A DNA stretch of 64,000 nt from Acetobacteraceae bacterium (GCA_050181195.1 JBFXDK010000005.1:629-64628); one strand, 5' to 3'; shown: positions 27,232 through 37,530, counted from the stretch's first letter. Notes: generated from the sequence alone by a model not told the origin. Translations and numbers: made by a program.

Positions 27232-28896
27232 TCAGGTCTCGTTGCGCAGGGCGCGGAAGCGGGCGATCAGGGCGGTGGTGGAGGAATCGTGCGTGCCCGT
27301 CGCGGCGCCAGGCGAGAGTTCCGGCAGGATGCCGCCGGCCAGCTGCTTGCCGAGTTCCACGCCCCACTGGTCGAAACTGTCGATGTCCCACAGGCAGCCT
27401 TGCACGGCGACCTTGTGTTCGTAGAGCGCGATCAGCCGGCCCAGGCTGAACGGATCGAGGTGGCGGAACATGATCGTGCTGGACGGGCGTTCACCGGTGG
27501 CGACGCGGTGCGGCGCGATCAGGTCGATTTCCGCCTGCGGCGCGCCCTTGGCCGCCATTTCAGCGCGGATCTCGGCTTCGGACCGGCCGCGCAGCAGCGC
27601 CTCGGCCTGGGCGAAGGCATTCGCGGCCAGCGCGCGATGCGCGTCGGCGCGGTCATGGTCGGCGTTGGCGGCCAGGATGAAATCCACCGGCACGGGGCGG
27701 GTGCCCTGGTGCACCAGCTGCATGTAGCTGTGCTGGGCATTGGTGCCGGGTTCGCCGAACACGACGGGGCAGGTGTCCCACCCCGTGGGTGCGCCGGCCA
27801 GCGTGACGTGCTTGCCGTTCGATTCCATTTCCAGCTGCTGCAGGAAGGCCGGGAAGCGTTTGAGGCGTTCATCGTAGCACAGCACGCAATGCGTGGCGGC
27901 GCCGAGCGCGTTGACATTCCAGACGCCGGTCAGCGCCAGCAGCACCGGCAGGTTCTGGCGCAGCGGCGCGTCGCGGAAATGGCAATCCATGGCCCAGGCG
28001 CCATCCAGCAACGCCTGGAACGCGTCCCAGCCCGCGGTCAGCGGGATGGTCAGGCCGATCGGCGACCACAGCGAGTAGCGCCCGCCCACCCAGTCGCGGA
28101 AGCCGAACACGTGGTCCTCGGGGATGCCGAAGGCGGCGACTGCCTTGAGGTTGGTGGAAAGCGCGGCGAAGTGCTTGCCGACCGCGGCCTCGCCCAGCGC
28201 GCCGGCGATCCAGCCGCGCATCGCCGCGGCGTTCATCATGGTTTCCTGGGTGGTGAATGTCTTCGACGCCACCAGCACCAGCGTCCGCGCGGGGTCGAGG
28301 CCCTTCACCGTCTCGGCAAAGGCGTGGCCATCGACGTTCGACAGGAACCGCGCGTCCAGATGCTGCGCCGAACGGCCGAGTGTGAGCGCCTGCGCCGCCA
28401 TCAGGGGGCCGAGGTCGGAACCGCCGATGCCGATATTCACCACGGTGGTGAAGCGCTGTCCGGTGGCGCCCAGCTTGTGCCCGTCATGCACGGCGGCAAC
28501 GAAATCGCGCATCTTCCTGCGTTCGGCGCGGGCGAGGTCGGCGGCGGCGTCATCGCCGCCGGGCAGCGAGGCGCGGAGCGAGACGCCGTCCGGCGCGCGC
28601 AGGGCCATGTGCATGGCGGCGCGGTGTTCCGTCAGGTTGACCGGGTCGCCGGCGAACAGGCGGCGGCGGAAGCCGTCGAGGTCGGCGGCCTCGGCCAGGG
28701 TGAACAGCGCGTCGAGTGCCGCGTCATCGATCGCCTGCTTGGAGAGATCGAGCGTGAGGTCGTCAAGGCTGACCGTGAACCGCCTCGCGCGGTCCGTGTC
28801 GGCGGCGAACAGGGTCGTGATGCGCCGCCCGCCTGGACGTGCGGCGAGTTCGCTGAGTTTCGCGAAGGCGGCCTGGCGAGTCGGGTTCGGGCTCAT
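27232..28896 (-). CDS. pgi: Glucose-6-phosphate isomerase
   Basis: NIGIGGSDLGP, VASKTFTTQET, DWVGGRYSLWS, QQLEMESNGK and SFDQWGVELGK motifs. Start at ATG 28896. Confidence 0.96.
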   Translation of the reverse strand: MSPNPTRQAAFAKLSELAARPGGRRITTLFAADTDRARRFTVSLDDLTLDLSKQAIDDAALDALFTLAEAADLDGFRRRLFAGDPVNLTEHRAAMHMALRAPDGVSLRASLPGGDDAAADLARAERRKMRDFVAAVHDGHKLGATGQRFTTVVNIGIGGSDLGPLMAAQALTLGRSAQHLDARFLSNVDGHAFAETVKGLDPARTLVLVASKTFTTQETMMNAAAMRGWIAGALGEAAVGKHFAALSTNLKAVAAFGIPEDHVFGFRDWVGGRYSLWSPIGLTIPLTAGWDAFQALLDGAWAMDCHFRDAPLRQNLPVLLALTGVWNVNALGAATHCVLCYDERLKRFPAFLQQLEMESNGKHVTLAGAPTGWDTCPVVFGEPGTNAQHSYMQLVHQGTRPVPVDFILAANADHDRADAHRALAANAFAQAEALLRGRSEAEIRAEMAAKGAPQAEIDLIAPHRVATGERPSSTIMFRHLDPFSLGRLIALYEHKVAVQGCLWDIDSFDQWGVELGKQLAGGILPELSPGAATGTHDSSTTALIARFRALRNET

Positions 28897-29352
28897 GACG
28901 GGAGTATAGCGCGGGTTGCGGTCGGGCTGAATGGGGGCGGCCGGTGCGATCCGGGGGCGACGGCGCGCTGCGAGCAACAGATCGCGACCACTCCGGTGGT
29001 GTTCGAGGGACCGGCGTCCGCCAGCCGGCTGCGTTGGCCGTGGATGATGCTGGATTCCCGCGGGTGTCTTCGCGGCATTTTTCCATCCGCCTCGCACGGG
29101 GCGTTTTCCGGGGGATGGGCGCGTGCCGGGTCTGGCGCTTGCGTGGATTCTCACGCAGGAAGGATTGAGGAACACGAAGACACACAGAGGCCGCTGCATC
29201 GCCGTCCTGCGCCGGGTCGATCCGCTCGCGGGGCAGGCGCCGTGATGGCAATTTGCGCGATGACGGCACCGCAGGTGCGTCTGGTCCGTCCGCACCGGCG
29301 GTTCGGCTGGTGGGCATCGGACAACGGTCGCCCCGGCCGGCGCGGCACGTGA

Positions 29353-29400
29353 TGGGCGATGCATGTCGTGGGCGATGCATGTCGTGGGCGATGCACGTCA
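29353..29400. repeat. 16-bp tandem repeat x3 in the gcvP-pgi intergenic region
   Basis: TGGGCGATGCATGTCG / TGGGCGATGCATGTCG / TGGGCGATGCACGTCA. Confidence 0.85.
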
Positions 29401-29442
29401 ATCGCGAGATCCCGGCCCAGACCCTGCCCGGACGACGCTGCG

Positions 29443-32310
29443 TCACTCCGCGGCCTGCGCGTAGCTTTCCAGTGGCGCGCAGGTGCAGACCAGGTTGCGG
29501 TCGCCATAGACGTTGTCGACGCGCTTCACCGGCGGCCAGTATTTTGCCGCCGCGACCCAGGGCAGCGGGAAGGCGGCCTGTTCACGCGTATAGGCATGCG
29601 ACCAGACGCTTGCCATGACCTCGGCTGCCGTGTGCGGCGCGTGCTTCAGCGGGTTGTCGGCGCGGTCCAGTTTCCCCGCGGCAATGGCGGATATCTCGTC
29701 GCGGATCGCGATCATCGCCTCGCAGAACCGGTCAAGCTCCGCCTTCGATTCGCTTTCGGTCGGCTCTATCATCAGCGTGCCGGCCACCGGCCAGGACATG
29801 GTGGGCGCGTGATAGCCGAAATCCTGCAGCCGCTTGGCGATGTCTTCCACCATGACCCCCGCTTCGGCCTGGAAGCCGCGGCAGTCGATGATGCATTCAT
29901 GCGCCACCATGCCGCCCGGGCCGGCGTACAGGATCGGATAATGCGGGCGCAGCCGGTGCGCGATGTAGTTGGCGTTCAGGATCGCGACTTCGGTCGCGCG
30001 CTTGAGCCCGGCCGCGCCCATCATCCGGATATAGGCGTACGAGATCGGCAGGATCAGCGCGGAGCCGAACGGGGCAGCGGAGACGGGGCCGAACCCGGTT
30101 GCGGGACCGGCATCATCGCGCAGCGGGTGGTTCGGCAGATGCGGCACCAGATGGTCCGCGACGCCGATGGGCCCCACGCCGGGTCCGCCGCCGCCATGCG
30201 GAATGCAGAACGTCTTGTGCAGGTTCAGATGGCAGACATCGGCACCGATCAGCGCCGGCGAGGTCAGGCCCACCTGCGCGTTCATATTGGCGCCGTCCAT
30301 GTAGACCTGCCCGCCGGCCTCGTGCACCACGGCGCAGATGTCGCGGATCGCCGCCTCGAACACGCCATGCGTGGACGGGTAGGTGACCATCAGCGCCGAC
30401 AGCCTGCCGGCGTGCTGCGCGACCTTGGCCCGCAGGTCGGCCAGATCGACGTTGCCGTCGCGGTCGCAGCCCACCACCACGACGCGCAGGCCGGCCATCG
30501 CCGCGCTGGCCGGGTTGGTGCCATGCGCCGAGGATGGGATCAGGCAGATGTCGCGATGTCCCTCGCCACGCGCCTCGTGATACGCGCGTATTGCCAGCAG
30601 CCCGGCATACTCGCCCTGCGAGCCGGCATTCGGCTGCAGCGACACGCCGGCGAATCCGGTCGCTTCCTTCAGCCAGTCCTCCAGGCGGCGGATCAGCGTC
30701 AGGAACCCGTCGGTCTGGTCGGCGGGCGCGAACGGGTGGACATCGGCGAAGCCCGGCAGCGTGACGGGAATCATCTCGGCCGTCGCGTTCAGCTTCATCG
30801 TGCAGGAACCCAGCGGGATCATGCTGCGGTTGAGCGCGATGTCCTTCTCCTCCAGGCGCTTGAGGTAGCGCAGCATCTCGTGTTCGGCGTGGTGGGAGTC
30901 GAAGACGGCCTGTTCCAGGAAGAAGCCGTTGCGGAGCAGCCCGGCCTGGATGCTGCCGGGTGCATCCGCCAGGGGGGCGCCGAGGACGGTGGCGAGCGCC
31001 TGGAGATCGTCGCGGGTAACGGTCTCATCGAGCGCGATGCCGATGCCGGTGGCGTCCACGCGGCGCAAATTGAACCCGGCCGCCAGCGCCGCCTGCATCA
31101 CGCCGTCGGCGCTGGCGCAGTCGATGACGATGGTATCGAAGAAGTCCGCATGCCGGATCGCGTGGCCGCCGCGGCGGGCGCAATCGGCCAGCAGGCGGGC
31201 CTGCAGGTTCACCCGGCGCGCGATGCGCTTGAGCCCCTCCGGCCCGTGCCAGACGGCGTAGAACCCGGCGATCACCGCCAGCAGCACCTGCGCGGTGCAG
31301 ATGTTCGACGTCGCCTTCTCCCGCCTGATGTGCTGCTCGCGCGTCTGCAGTGCGAGGCGCATCGCCGGATGGCCGGCGGCGTCGACTGATACGCCAACCA
31401 GACGCCCGGGCATGGCGCGCTTGAACGCGTCGCGGGTGGCGAAGAACCCGGCATGCGGGCCGCCGAAACCCATCGGCACGCCGAAGCGCTGCGACGAACC
31501 CACGACGATGTCGGCCCCCATCTCGCCGGGCGGGGTCAGGACCGCGAGCGCCAGCGGATCACAGGCGACGATCGCCAGCGCGCCGGCCTCGTGCGCGGTG
31601 GTGATCTCCTCGGACAGGTCGCGCAGCGCGCCGGTGCTGCCGGGATACTGCAGGATCAGCGCGAACGGGTTGGCGGCGCCGATCGCGGCGAGGTCGCCCG
31701 GCGCGACATCGGCCAGCGTGATCCCGAGCGGCCTTGCGCGGGTGGCGAGCACGGCGCGGGTCTGCGGATGCAGGTCGGTTGCAACCGCAACCACATCGGA
31801 TTTGGTCTTGCTGAGGGCGTGCGCCATCGCCATGGCCTCGGCCGCGGCGGTCGCCTCGTCCAGCAGCGAGGCGTTGGCGATCTCCATGCCCGTCAGTTCG
31901 CAGATCATGGTCTGGAAGTTCAGCAGCGCTTCCAGCCGGCCCTGCGCGATCTCGGCCTGGTACGGCGTGTAGGCGGTGTACCAGCCGGGGTCCTCCAGCA
32001 CGTTGCGCAGGATCACCGGCGGCGTGACCGTGCCGTGATAGCCCATGCCGATCAGCGACTTCTTGCGGGCGTTGCGCTCTGCGAGGCCGCGCAGTTCGGC
32101 GATCACCGCGGCCTCATCGATCGCCTGCGGCAATGCCAGGGCCTGGTTGGAGCGGATCGCGGGCGGCACGGTCTTCGCGGCCACGTCGTCGAGCGTGGCG
32201 GCGCCGATTGCGGTCAGCATCGCCGTGACCTCGCTCTCCGACGGGCCGATATGGCGACGGACGAACCCGTCCGCCTGTTCCAGTTCGGCCAGCTCCGCCA
32301 GTGCGTCCAT
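29443..32310 (-). CDS. gcvP: Glycine dehydrogenase (decarboxylating), P protein
   Basis: [48 protein letters not shown] and HLNLHKTF (PLP Lys) motifs. Confidence 0.98.
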   Translation of the reverse strand: MDALAELAELEQADGFVRRHIGPSESEVTAMLTAIGAATLDDVAAKTVPPAIRSNQALALPQAIDEAAVIAELRGLAERNARKKSLIGMGYHGTVTPPVILRNVLEDPGWYTAYTPYQAEIAQGRLEALLNFQTMICELTGMEIANASLLDEATAAAEAMAMAHALSKTKSDVVAVATDLHPQTRAVLATRARPLGITLADVAPGDLAAIGAANPFALILQYPGSTGALRDLSEEITTAHEAGALAIVACDPLALAVLTPPGEMGADIVVGSSQRFGVPMGFGGPHAGFFATRDAFKRAMPGRLVGVSVDAAGHPAMRLALQTREQHIRREKATSNICTAQVLLAVIAGFYAVWHGPEGLKRIARRVNLQARLLADCARRGGHAIRHADFFDTIVIDCASADGVMQAALAAGFNLRRVDATGIGIALDETVTRDDLQALATVLGAPLADAPGSIQAGLLRNGFFLEQAVFDSHHAEHEMLRYLKRLEEKDIALNRSMIPLGSCTMKLNATAEMIPVTLPGFADVHPFAPADQTDGFLTLIRRLEDWLKEATGFAGVSLQPNAGSQGEYAGLLAIRAYHEARGEGHRDICLIPSSAHGTNPASAAMAGLRVVVVGCDRDGNVDLADLRAKVAQHAGRLSALMVTYPSTHGVFEAAIRDICAVVHEAGGQVYMDGANMNAQVGLTSPALIGADVCHLNLHKTFCIPHGGGGPGVGPIGVADHLVPHLPNHPLRDDAGPATGFGPVSAAPFGSALILPISYAYIRMMGAAGLKRATEVAILNANYIAHRLRPHYPILYAGPGGMVAHECIIDCRGFQAEAGVMVEDIAKRLQDFGYHAPTMSWPVAGTLMIEPTESESKAELDRFCEAMIAIRDEISAIAAGKLDRADNPLKHAPHTAAEVMASVWSHAYTREQAAFPLPWVAAAKYWPPVKRVDNVYGDRNLVCTCAPLESYAQAAE

Positions 32311-32312
32311 GA

Positions 32313-32699
32313 TCAGAGTGTCTCCAGGAATTCGTCGTAGCCGTCCTGGTCCATCAGCTCCTCGAAGGTCGCGGGATCATCGAGTTCGATGCGGAAGAAC
32401 CAGCCCTCGCCTTCGGCGTCGCTGTTCACGATGGACGGGTCCTCGACGATGGTTTCGTTCACCTCGGCAACACGGCCGGCGAGGGGGGCATAGACATCGG
32501 ACGCGGCCTTGACGCTTTCCACCACCGCGCAGGCCTCGCCGGCAGAAACCTCGCGTTCGAGCTCCGGCAGTTCGATGAACACCAGTTCGCCCAGCTGCTC
32601 CTGGGCGTGTTCGGTGATGCCGACGGTCGCAATGTCGCCGTCGAGCGTTACCCATTCATGGTCCTTGGTGAAACGCTTGTCCGCGGTCTTCTTGGGCAT
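32313..32699 (-). CDS. gcvH: Glycine cleavage system H protein
   Basis: [19 protein letters not shown] and [14 protein letters not shown] (lipoyl-Lys) motifs. Confidence 0.97.
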   Translation of the reverse strand: MPKKTADKRFTKDHEWVTLDGDIATVGITEHAQEQLGELVFIELPELEREVSAGEACAVVESVKAASDVYAPLAGRVAEVNETIVEDPSIVNSDAEGEGWFFRIELDDPATFEELMDQDGYDEFLETL

Positions 32700-32713
32700 C
32701 GGACGATTCCTTC

Positions 32714-33877
32714 TCAGCGAGCGTAACGGTGGGGAACAAAAGGCAGGGGAACGACCGTCGCCGGCATCGGCTTGCCGCGGACGATCAGGTGCAGGCGCGT
32801 GCCGTCCTCGGTCAGGCCCTTGCGCACATAACCCATGGCGATCGGCGCATTCAGGCTGGGCGAAAAGCCGCCCGAGGTGATGATCCCCGCGGCGGTGCCA
32901 TCATCGGCAACGACTTCGGTGCCGGCGCGGGCCGGGGCGCGCCCGTCGGGGCGGATGCCGACGCGCAGCCGCGGCGCACCGTTGTCCAGATGGTCCCGGA
33001 TCGCGGCGCCGCCGGGAAAATCCCAGTCCATCTTGCGGCGCTTGCCGATCACCCAGGTCAGGCCGGCTTCGACCGGCGTGGTGACCTCGTCGATGTCGTT
33101 GCCATAGAGGCAGAGCCCCGCTTCCAGGCGAAGCGAATCGCGCGCGCCCAGGCCCGCGGGCACCACTTCCTGGTGCGTCAGCAGCAGGTCGGCAACGCGT
33201 TCGGCCTGATCGGCGGGCAGGGAGATCTCGAACCCGTCCTCTCCGGTGTAGCCGGAACGGGAGACCAGGCAGGAAATGCCGTCGATCGCCACCTCGGCCA
33301 CGCCCATGAAGCCGAGTTCGGACACGGCGGGGGCCATCCGGGCCAGGACCGCGGCGGCTTGCGGCCCCTGCAGTGCAAGCAGGGCGCGGTCCTCGGCCGG
33401 GGAGAGCGTGACGCCGTCGGGCAGGTTGGCCGCGAGATGGGTGAAATCCACCTCCTTGCGGCTTGCGTTCACCACCAGGAACAGGCGGTCATGCCCGAGA
33501 TTGGCGACCATCAGATCGTCGAGGATGCCGCCGGCCTCATTCGTCAGCAGCGTGTAGCGCTGCCGCCCGTGCCGGAGGCCGGCGATATCACCGGGCACCA
33601 GGCGTTCCAGTGCCGCCGCGACATCGGGGCCGGCCAGCGTTGCCTGGCCCATGTGCGAAACATCGAACAGTGCCGCGTGTGACCGGGCATGCAGGTGTTC
33701 GGCCATGACGCCGCCCTTGCAGCGGGCGGCGAGATCGCCGGTGAAGTCGTACTGCACCGGCATGGCGTAGCCGGCGAAGGGCACCATGCGCGCGCCGAAC
33801 CGGCGATGCCAGCCATCGAGCGGCGTGGTGTGCAGGGGCTGTGGCGTGGGATCGTCAGGCAGGGCGTTTTCGATCAC
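32714..33877 (-). CDS. gcvT: Glycine cleavage system aminomethyltransferase T
   Basis: FAGYAMPVQY, LFDVSHMGQ, SRSGYTGEDGFEI and GLGARDSLRLEAG motifs. GTG 33877 follows a GGAG RBS; alternative TTG at 33895. Confidence 0.96.
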   Translation of the reverse strand: MIENALPDDPTPQPLHTTPLDGWHRRFGARMVPFAGYAMPVQYDFTGDLAARCKGGVMAEHLHARSHAALFDVSHMGQATLAGPDVAAALERLVPGDIAGLRHGRQRYTLLTNEAGGILDDLMVANLGHDRLFLVVNASRKEVDFTHLAANLPDGVTLSPAEDRALLALQGPQAAAVLARMAPAVSELGFMGVAEVAIDGISCLVSRSGYTGEDGFEISLPADQAERVADLLLTHQEVVPAGLGARDSLRLEAGLCLYGNDIDEVTTPVEAGLTWVIGKRRKMDWDFPGGAAIRDHLDNGAPRLRVGIRPDGRAPARAGTEVVADDGTAAGIITSGGFSPSLNAPIAMGYVRKGLTEDGTRLHLIVRGKPMPATVVPLPFVPHRYAR

Positions 33878-33890
33878 CGTGGGCTCCGCG

Positions 33891-33932
33891 AACAAGGGTC
33901 ATCCGCCGGCGACTGCCGGCCGAACATGACCC
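33891..33932 (-). terminator. Putative expression-platform hairpin of the glycine riboswitch
   Basis: Reverse strand GGGTCAT..GCCGGC-agtc-GCCGGC..ATGACCC-TTGTT. The 5' arm abuts and shares the G-run of the aptamer-2 P1 3' strand. Confidence 0.55.
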
Positions 33933-34120
33933 CCCTCTGTCGCGGTACCTGAGAGATTCAGAGCGCGGCGCGCTCCTTACTCCGTCGGTGCAACCCGCGC
34001 TTGGGCGCGGATCGGCTTTCCAGAGATCCCTGAACCCGACGCGGTCCCTGTTGCCTGAGCGTTTCCGGGGGCCGGTTGCGCCTTCGGCGGCGGGACGAAC
34101 CCGCACTCTCCCGCGCCGGG
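33930..34120 (-). promoter_or_regulatory. Tandem glycine riboswitch (two aptamers)
   Basis: Reverse strand aptamer 1: GGGAGAG...GCCGAAGGCGCAA...CTCAGG (about 34035-34120). Aptamer 2: CTCTGGAAAG...CACCGACGGAGTAA...AATCTCTCAGGTA...GACAGAGGGG (about 33930-34028). Directly upstream of gcvT. Confidence 0.93.
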
Positions 34121-34397
34121 CGGCTGGGACGGGGGGCAGGATGCCCGTCCCGTCTCCGGATGCCAAGCGAAATCGGGGCAGGCGGTTTGCGACGCGGAGC
34201 ATGCTCCCGCCAGCGGCGAGGCGTCGCGACCGGTCCGGTCGACTAAGCAGGCGGTTCGGCGTGCGTCCCTTTGCGCCGGCTTGCATGCGATTCAGCCTAT
34301 ACGGGGCCGATGACAGGCATGATGCCGAAGACGAGTTTTTTTGGTTCCGATCTGGAAGCTTTCGGATTAAACGATGCCCGCACGCGCAGAGTCAGCG

Positions 34398-34808
34398 ATG
34401 AGGGCACACAGGGTGCAATATCTTCCGCCATTCGAGACGATCAAAACTTTTTTGACACTTACCAATATTCGGGGAAAGACCACGGCAACCGCAACGATCG
34501 AAGGCGTCCAGGCAATGATCCGGGCATTGCTTGCGGGCATGGATTTCGATGAGGACTGGTATCTTACCCGCAATCCCGACATCGCCCAAGCCGTGTCCGC
34601 TGGCACCTTCCGGTCGGGCAAGGAGCATTTCCTATCCAACGGCTATTTCGAGGGGCGCCTTCCGTTTCCGATCGAGGTTGATAATGACTGGTATCTTTCG
34701 CAATATCCGGAAGTCGCGGATGCGGTGGCGAAAGGCGTTGTCAACTCCGCGCAGCAGCATTTCGACCAGCATGGCTACCGGGAGGGACGCAGGCCCCGCT
34801 CGCTGTGA
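34398..34808 (+). CDS. Small protein with two FDxxWY...H...G..EGR.P repeats, function unknown
   Basis: Repeats FDEDWYLTRNPDI...HFLSNGYFEGRLP and VDNDWYLSQYPEV...HFDQHGYREGRRP. Lower GC than the flanks. Start could be GTG 34413. Confidence 0.8.
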   Translation: MRAHRVQYLPPFETIKTFLTLTNIRGKTTATATIEGVQAMIRALLAGMDFDEDWYLTRNPDIAQAVSAGTFRSGKEHFLSNGYFEGRLPFPIEVDNDWYLSQYPEVADAVAKGVVNSAQQHFDQHGYREGRRPRSL

Positions 34809-34873
34809 TACCGATTCGCGCCGCCTCGCATCGGATGTCGCTGTCTTTGTGATGTAAAAGTAACAATTAACGG

Positions 34874-34906
34874 GGACTGAACGCGCATGTCACGCGCGTT
34901 CAGTCC
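34874..34906. terminator. 13-bp perfect hairpin between convergent genes, overlapping the ymdB stop
   Basis: GGACTGAACGCGC-atgtcac-GCGCGTTCAGTCC, followed on the reverse strand by an AT-rich tract. Confidence 0.6.
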
Positions 34907-35715
34907 GTCGGCATCGCCGGTGCCAGACGTCCGCCCATACGAACCGGCGCGATCCTGACCGCCAGGCCGGTGGTGTCGTCGGTCTCCAGGAATACCCCGC
35001 ACAGCGTCGCTTCCCCTTCGGCGGGGGCAAGCCGCTCACCGGGCATCTTGCGCCAGAACCGCAACGCCGCGCCGTCCTTCGCCATGCCGATTACGCTGTC
35101 ATAATCACCGCACATACCAGCGTCTGACTGAAAGGCGGAGCCGCCCGGCAGGATCTGCGCATCCGCCGACGGGCAATGCGTGTGCGTGCCCACCACCATC
35201 GACACCTGACCGTCGAAGACATGCGCGAATGCCATCTTCTCGCTCGTCGCCTCGGCATGCAGATCGATGATGATCGCGTTCACCGTGCCGCCCAGCCGGT
35301 GTTTCGCCAGCAGGTCGGCGGTGCCGCGGAACGGGCAATCCAGCGGGTCCATGAACAGTCGTCCCATCGCCTGCGCCACCAGCGCGCGCCGGCCGCCTGG
35401 CAGATCCACCACCACCGACCCGCCGCCGGGTGTGCCGGGCGGATAGTTCAGCGGACGGATCAGCCGCGGCGTGATGGCGATGAAGGGGATGATCTCCTTG
35501 CGGTCCCAGCTGTGGTTGCCCAGCGTGATCACATCGGCCCCGGCGGCAAACAGCGCCTGCGCCATGTCGGGGCCGAGGCCGAACCCGTGCGAGGCATTCT
35601 CGGCGTTGACGATCACCAGATCGAGGCCGAGACGCGCGCGCAGGTCCGGCAGGGCCGCCGCCACGGTTTCCCGGCCGGTCCGGCCCACGACGTCGCCCAG
35701 AAAGAGTGTCCGCAT
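34900..35715 (-). CDS. ymdB: YmdB/TIGR00282 family metallophosphoesterase
   Basis: LFLGDVVG, NAENASHG, ITLGNHSWD, DLHAEATSEK, VGTHTH and DAGMCG motifs. Confidence 0.92.
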   Translation of the reverse strand: MRTLFLGDVVGRTGRETVAAALPDLRARLGLDLVIVNAENASHGFGLGPDMAQALFAAGADVITLGNHSWDRKEIIPFIAITPRLIRPLNYPPGTPGGGSVVVDLPGGRRALVAQAMGRLFMDPLDCPFRGTADLLAKHRLGGTVNAIIIDLHAEATSEKMAFAHVFDGQVSMVVGTHTHCPSADAQILPGGSAFQSDAGMCGDYDSVIGMAKDGAALRFWRKMPGERLAPAEGEATLCGVFLETDDTTGLAVRIAPVRMGGRLAPAMPTD

Positions 35716-36294
35716 TCAATGCTCCGCGGGTTGCAGGATGCCCTGTTCCGTCGCTACCGCATCCAGCCGCCTATCGTGCGGCCCGACCGGGACGGCGTCC
35801 ACCTGCTGCGCGGCATAGGCGCAGCCCAGGGCGAAGTGGCGTGGAAGATCCGCCAGTGTCCGGTCGAAGTAGCCGGCGCCGTAGCCCAGGCGATGGCCGA
35901 ACCGGTCGAACGCCAGAAGGGGGACCAGCAGCCAGTCCGGCACGTGCACCGCGCCGGTCGGCCGCATCGTGCCGAACCGCTCGCGGACCAGCGCATCGTG
36001 CGGCCGCCATGTGCGGAAGGTCAGCGGATTGCCGCGCGGCGGCGTCACCGGCAGCACGATGACGTGCCCACGTTCATGCAGCGCGAGCAGCAGCGGACGG
36101 ATGTCGATTTCCTCGCCGATCGGCAGGAAGCCGGACACGATGGCCCCTGGCGGCGGCGGGCAGTCGCGCAGCACATGTTCGGCCAGGGTTGTGCCGCACG
36201 CGGCGGGATCGTGGCCGGCGCGCATGCGCAAGGCCCGCGCGCGCATGGCGCGTTTGGCGGCGTCGAGATCGGAGTGGGTGTGCGGAGCCGCCAT
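35716..36294 (-). CDS. fau: 5-formyltetrahydrofolate cyclo-ligase
   Basis: LVPLLAFDRFGHRLGYGAGYFDRTL and HDRRLDAVATE motifs. Start taken at ATG 36294, after the 6S RNA. Confidence 0.92.
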   Translation of the reverse strand: MAAPHTHSDLDAAKRAMRARALRMRAGHDPAACGTTLAEHVLRDCPPPPGAIVSGFLPIGEEIDIRPLLLALHERGHVIVLPVTPPRGNPLTFRTWRPHDALVRERFGTMRPTGAVHVPDWLLVPLLAFDRFGHRLGYGAGYFDRTLADLPRHFALGCAYAAQQVDAVPVGPHDRRLDAVATEQGILQPAEH

Positions 36295-36445
36295 GGCCGT
36301 TGGCGTCACATCCTCCCAGAGCCTGCGTGTGCAGGTGGGCGCCGGATACCAGGACCAGGATCCCAGCAGAGCCAGCTCCCGAGGGAGATGCTTACTGGCC
36401 CCGGGGATGTATTGCCTGACGCACCGGGCAGCCCCGCCATCCCTA
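36295..36445 (-). ncRNA. ssrS: 6S RNA
   Basis: Conserved zapA-ssrS-fau(ygfA) position. The reverse strand has CCCGGTGCG..ACATCCCCGGGGCC..GGCGCCCACCTG with self-complementary ends (TGGCG/CGCCA). Boundaries approximate. Confidence 0.85.
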
Positions 36446-36446
36446 T

Positions 36447-36764
36447 CTAGGTGGCTTCCAGGCCCGCGGCAATCTCCTCGGCGCGCTTTGCCATCCGATT
36501 CAGCTTGCGGCCGAGCTTGGGGTCGGTGGAGGAGGGGGCGGATTCGAGGTCGGCGATGCGCTTGCGTGTCTCGAACAGGTCGTCGGCCATCAGCAGCGCG
36601 GCCATGACCAGCATCCGCGATTCACCGCTCTGTCCGGCTATCGACTTGATGCTGTCGATCCGGCGCTCGACCTCACCGGCCATGGCGAGCAGATGCTGTT
36701 CCTCGCCGTCCTTGCAGCCGATGGTGTAGGCGTAGCCGTTGATGCGAAGCGTGACCTGCGCCAT
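36447..36764 (-). CDS. zapA: Cell division protein ZapA
   Basis: MAQVTLRINGYAYTIGCKDGEEQHL and RMLVMAALLMADDL motifs. Confidence 0.92.
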   Translation of the reverse strand: MAQVTLRINGYAYTIGCKDGEEQHLLAMAGEVERRIDSIKSIAGQSGESRMLVMAALLMADDLFETRKRIADLESAPSSTDPKLGRKLNRMAKRAEEIAAGLEAT

Positions 36765-36782
36765 CGCCTGTCCCTTTCCGGT

Positions 36783-36986
36783 TCACCCGCCCTTGCCTTC
36801 GAGTGCTGCGCGCAGCCGCTCGATCAGCACGTCGAGGCGTGCGGCGATCTCTTCCGGAGACATGGCGGATTCGTCAACCTCCGGCGGACGGTTCGTCCGC
36901 GGCGCGGCGGTCAGACGAGCGATTCGCTCCAGCGCAACCTCCAGACGATCGGCCGCGGTATCCGGATCCTCGGTCTCGTCCGTCAT
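36783..36986 (-). CDS. Small coiled-coil protein upstream of zapA (DUF4164/ZapB-like)
   Basis: AADRLEVALERIA...IAARLDVLIERLRAAL, in the conserved position before zapA. ATG 36986 follows AGGA. Confidence 0.7.
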   Translation of the reverse strand: MTDETEDPDTAADRLEVALERIARLTAAPRTNRPPEVDESAMSPEEIAARLDVLIERLRAALEGKGG

Positions 36987-37056
36987 TCCTGCCCCTGCCC
37001 AAACCTCACCGTGATGCCGCTTGCACTCAACCCGGTCAACCATTTGAACGTCAAGC

Positions 37057-37485
37057 ATGGAACTTTATCCTGCCGTTGTCGTGCACGGCATCACGGATGC
37101 GCGCGCCGCGCTGCGGGCCGGGCGGCCGGTGACGCTGCTGTCGGCGCCCGGGGCTGCCTTGCATGCCGGGTGCCTGTGGTGGCGGGCGCTGGTGCGGGCG
37201 GTGCGGGTCCAGGCGCCCGAAGTGCCGATCCTGGACGTGCTGGACTGTGCCGACGGATCGGGCCAGGCGCTGGCCGCGCTGCGGGTTGGGGTAACCCGGC
37301 TGGTGCTGTGGCCTGGGGCCCCGGGATGGGCAGCGGTGGAGGAGATCGCCAGCAGAGAGGGCGGCTTCGTCCTGGCCGAGGCGCCGTCGTCACTCGACAT
37401 GGCTGCGCCGGACGCGCCGCGGCGGCTGGACGCCTGGTTGCAGCTGCGAACCGCCCCGGGTGACAGGCGTGCGCCACTAGGTTAG
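37057..37485 (+). CDS. Hypothetical protein upstream of fbaB
   Basis: PAVVVHG..ARAAL, LLSAPGAA..AGCLWW and LDCADGSG.ALAALR. Fills the gap with coding-like codon usage. Confidence 0.72.
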   Translation: MELYPAVVVHGITDARAALRAGRPVTLLSAPGAALHAGCLWWRALVRAVRVQAPEVPILDVLDCADGSGQALAALRVGVTRLVLWPGAPGWAAVEEIASREGGFVLAEAPSSLDMAAPDAPRRLDAWLQLRTAPGDRRAPLG

Positions 37486-37530
37486 TACAATCCCCGAGGT
37501 CAGGCAATTTCCGCGAAAGGGACAGGCTCG

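Noticed and set aside
26569-29352. 927-aa plus-strand ORF, and similar long ORFs (11130-13148, 25818-27449, 29359-31389, 43553-44902, 53624-55387, 59293-61626)
   Set aside because: These are antisense shadows of well-supported genes. High-GC codon bias removes stops on the opposite strand, and the translations have no recognisable motifs.
29353-29400. Possible CRISPR array
   Set aside because: The repeats are 16 bp and directly abutting with no spacers, and there are no cas genes in the window.
34855-34872. CtrA-like site (TTAAC) in the AT-rich gap before the ymdB end
   Set aside because: Only a half-site, located between convergent genes; better explained as the tail of the terminator hairpin.
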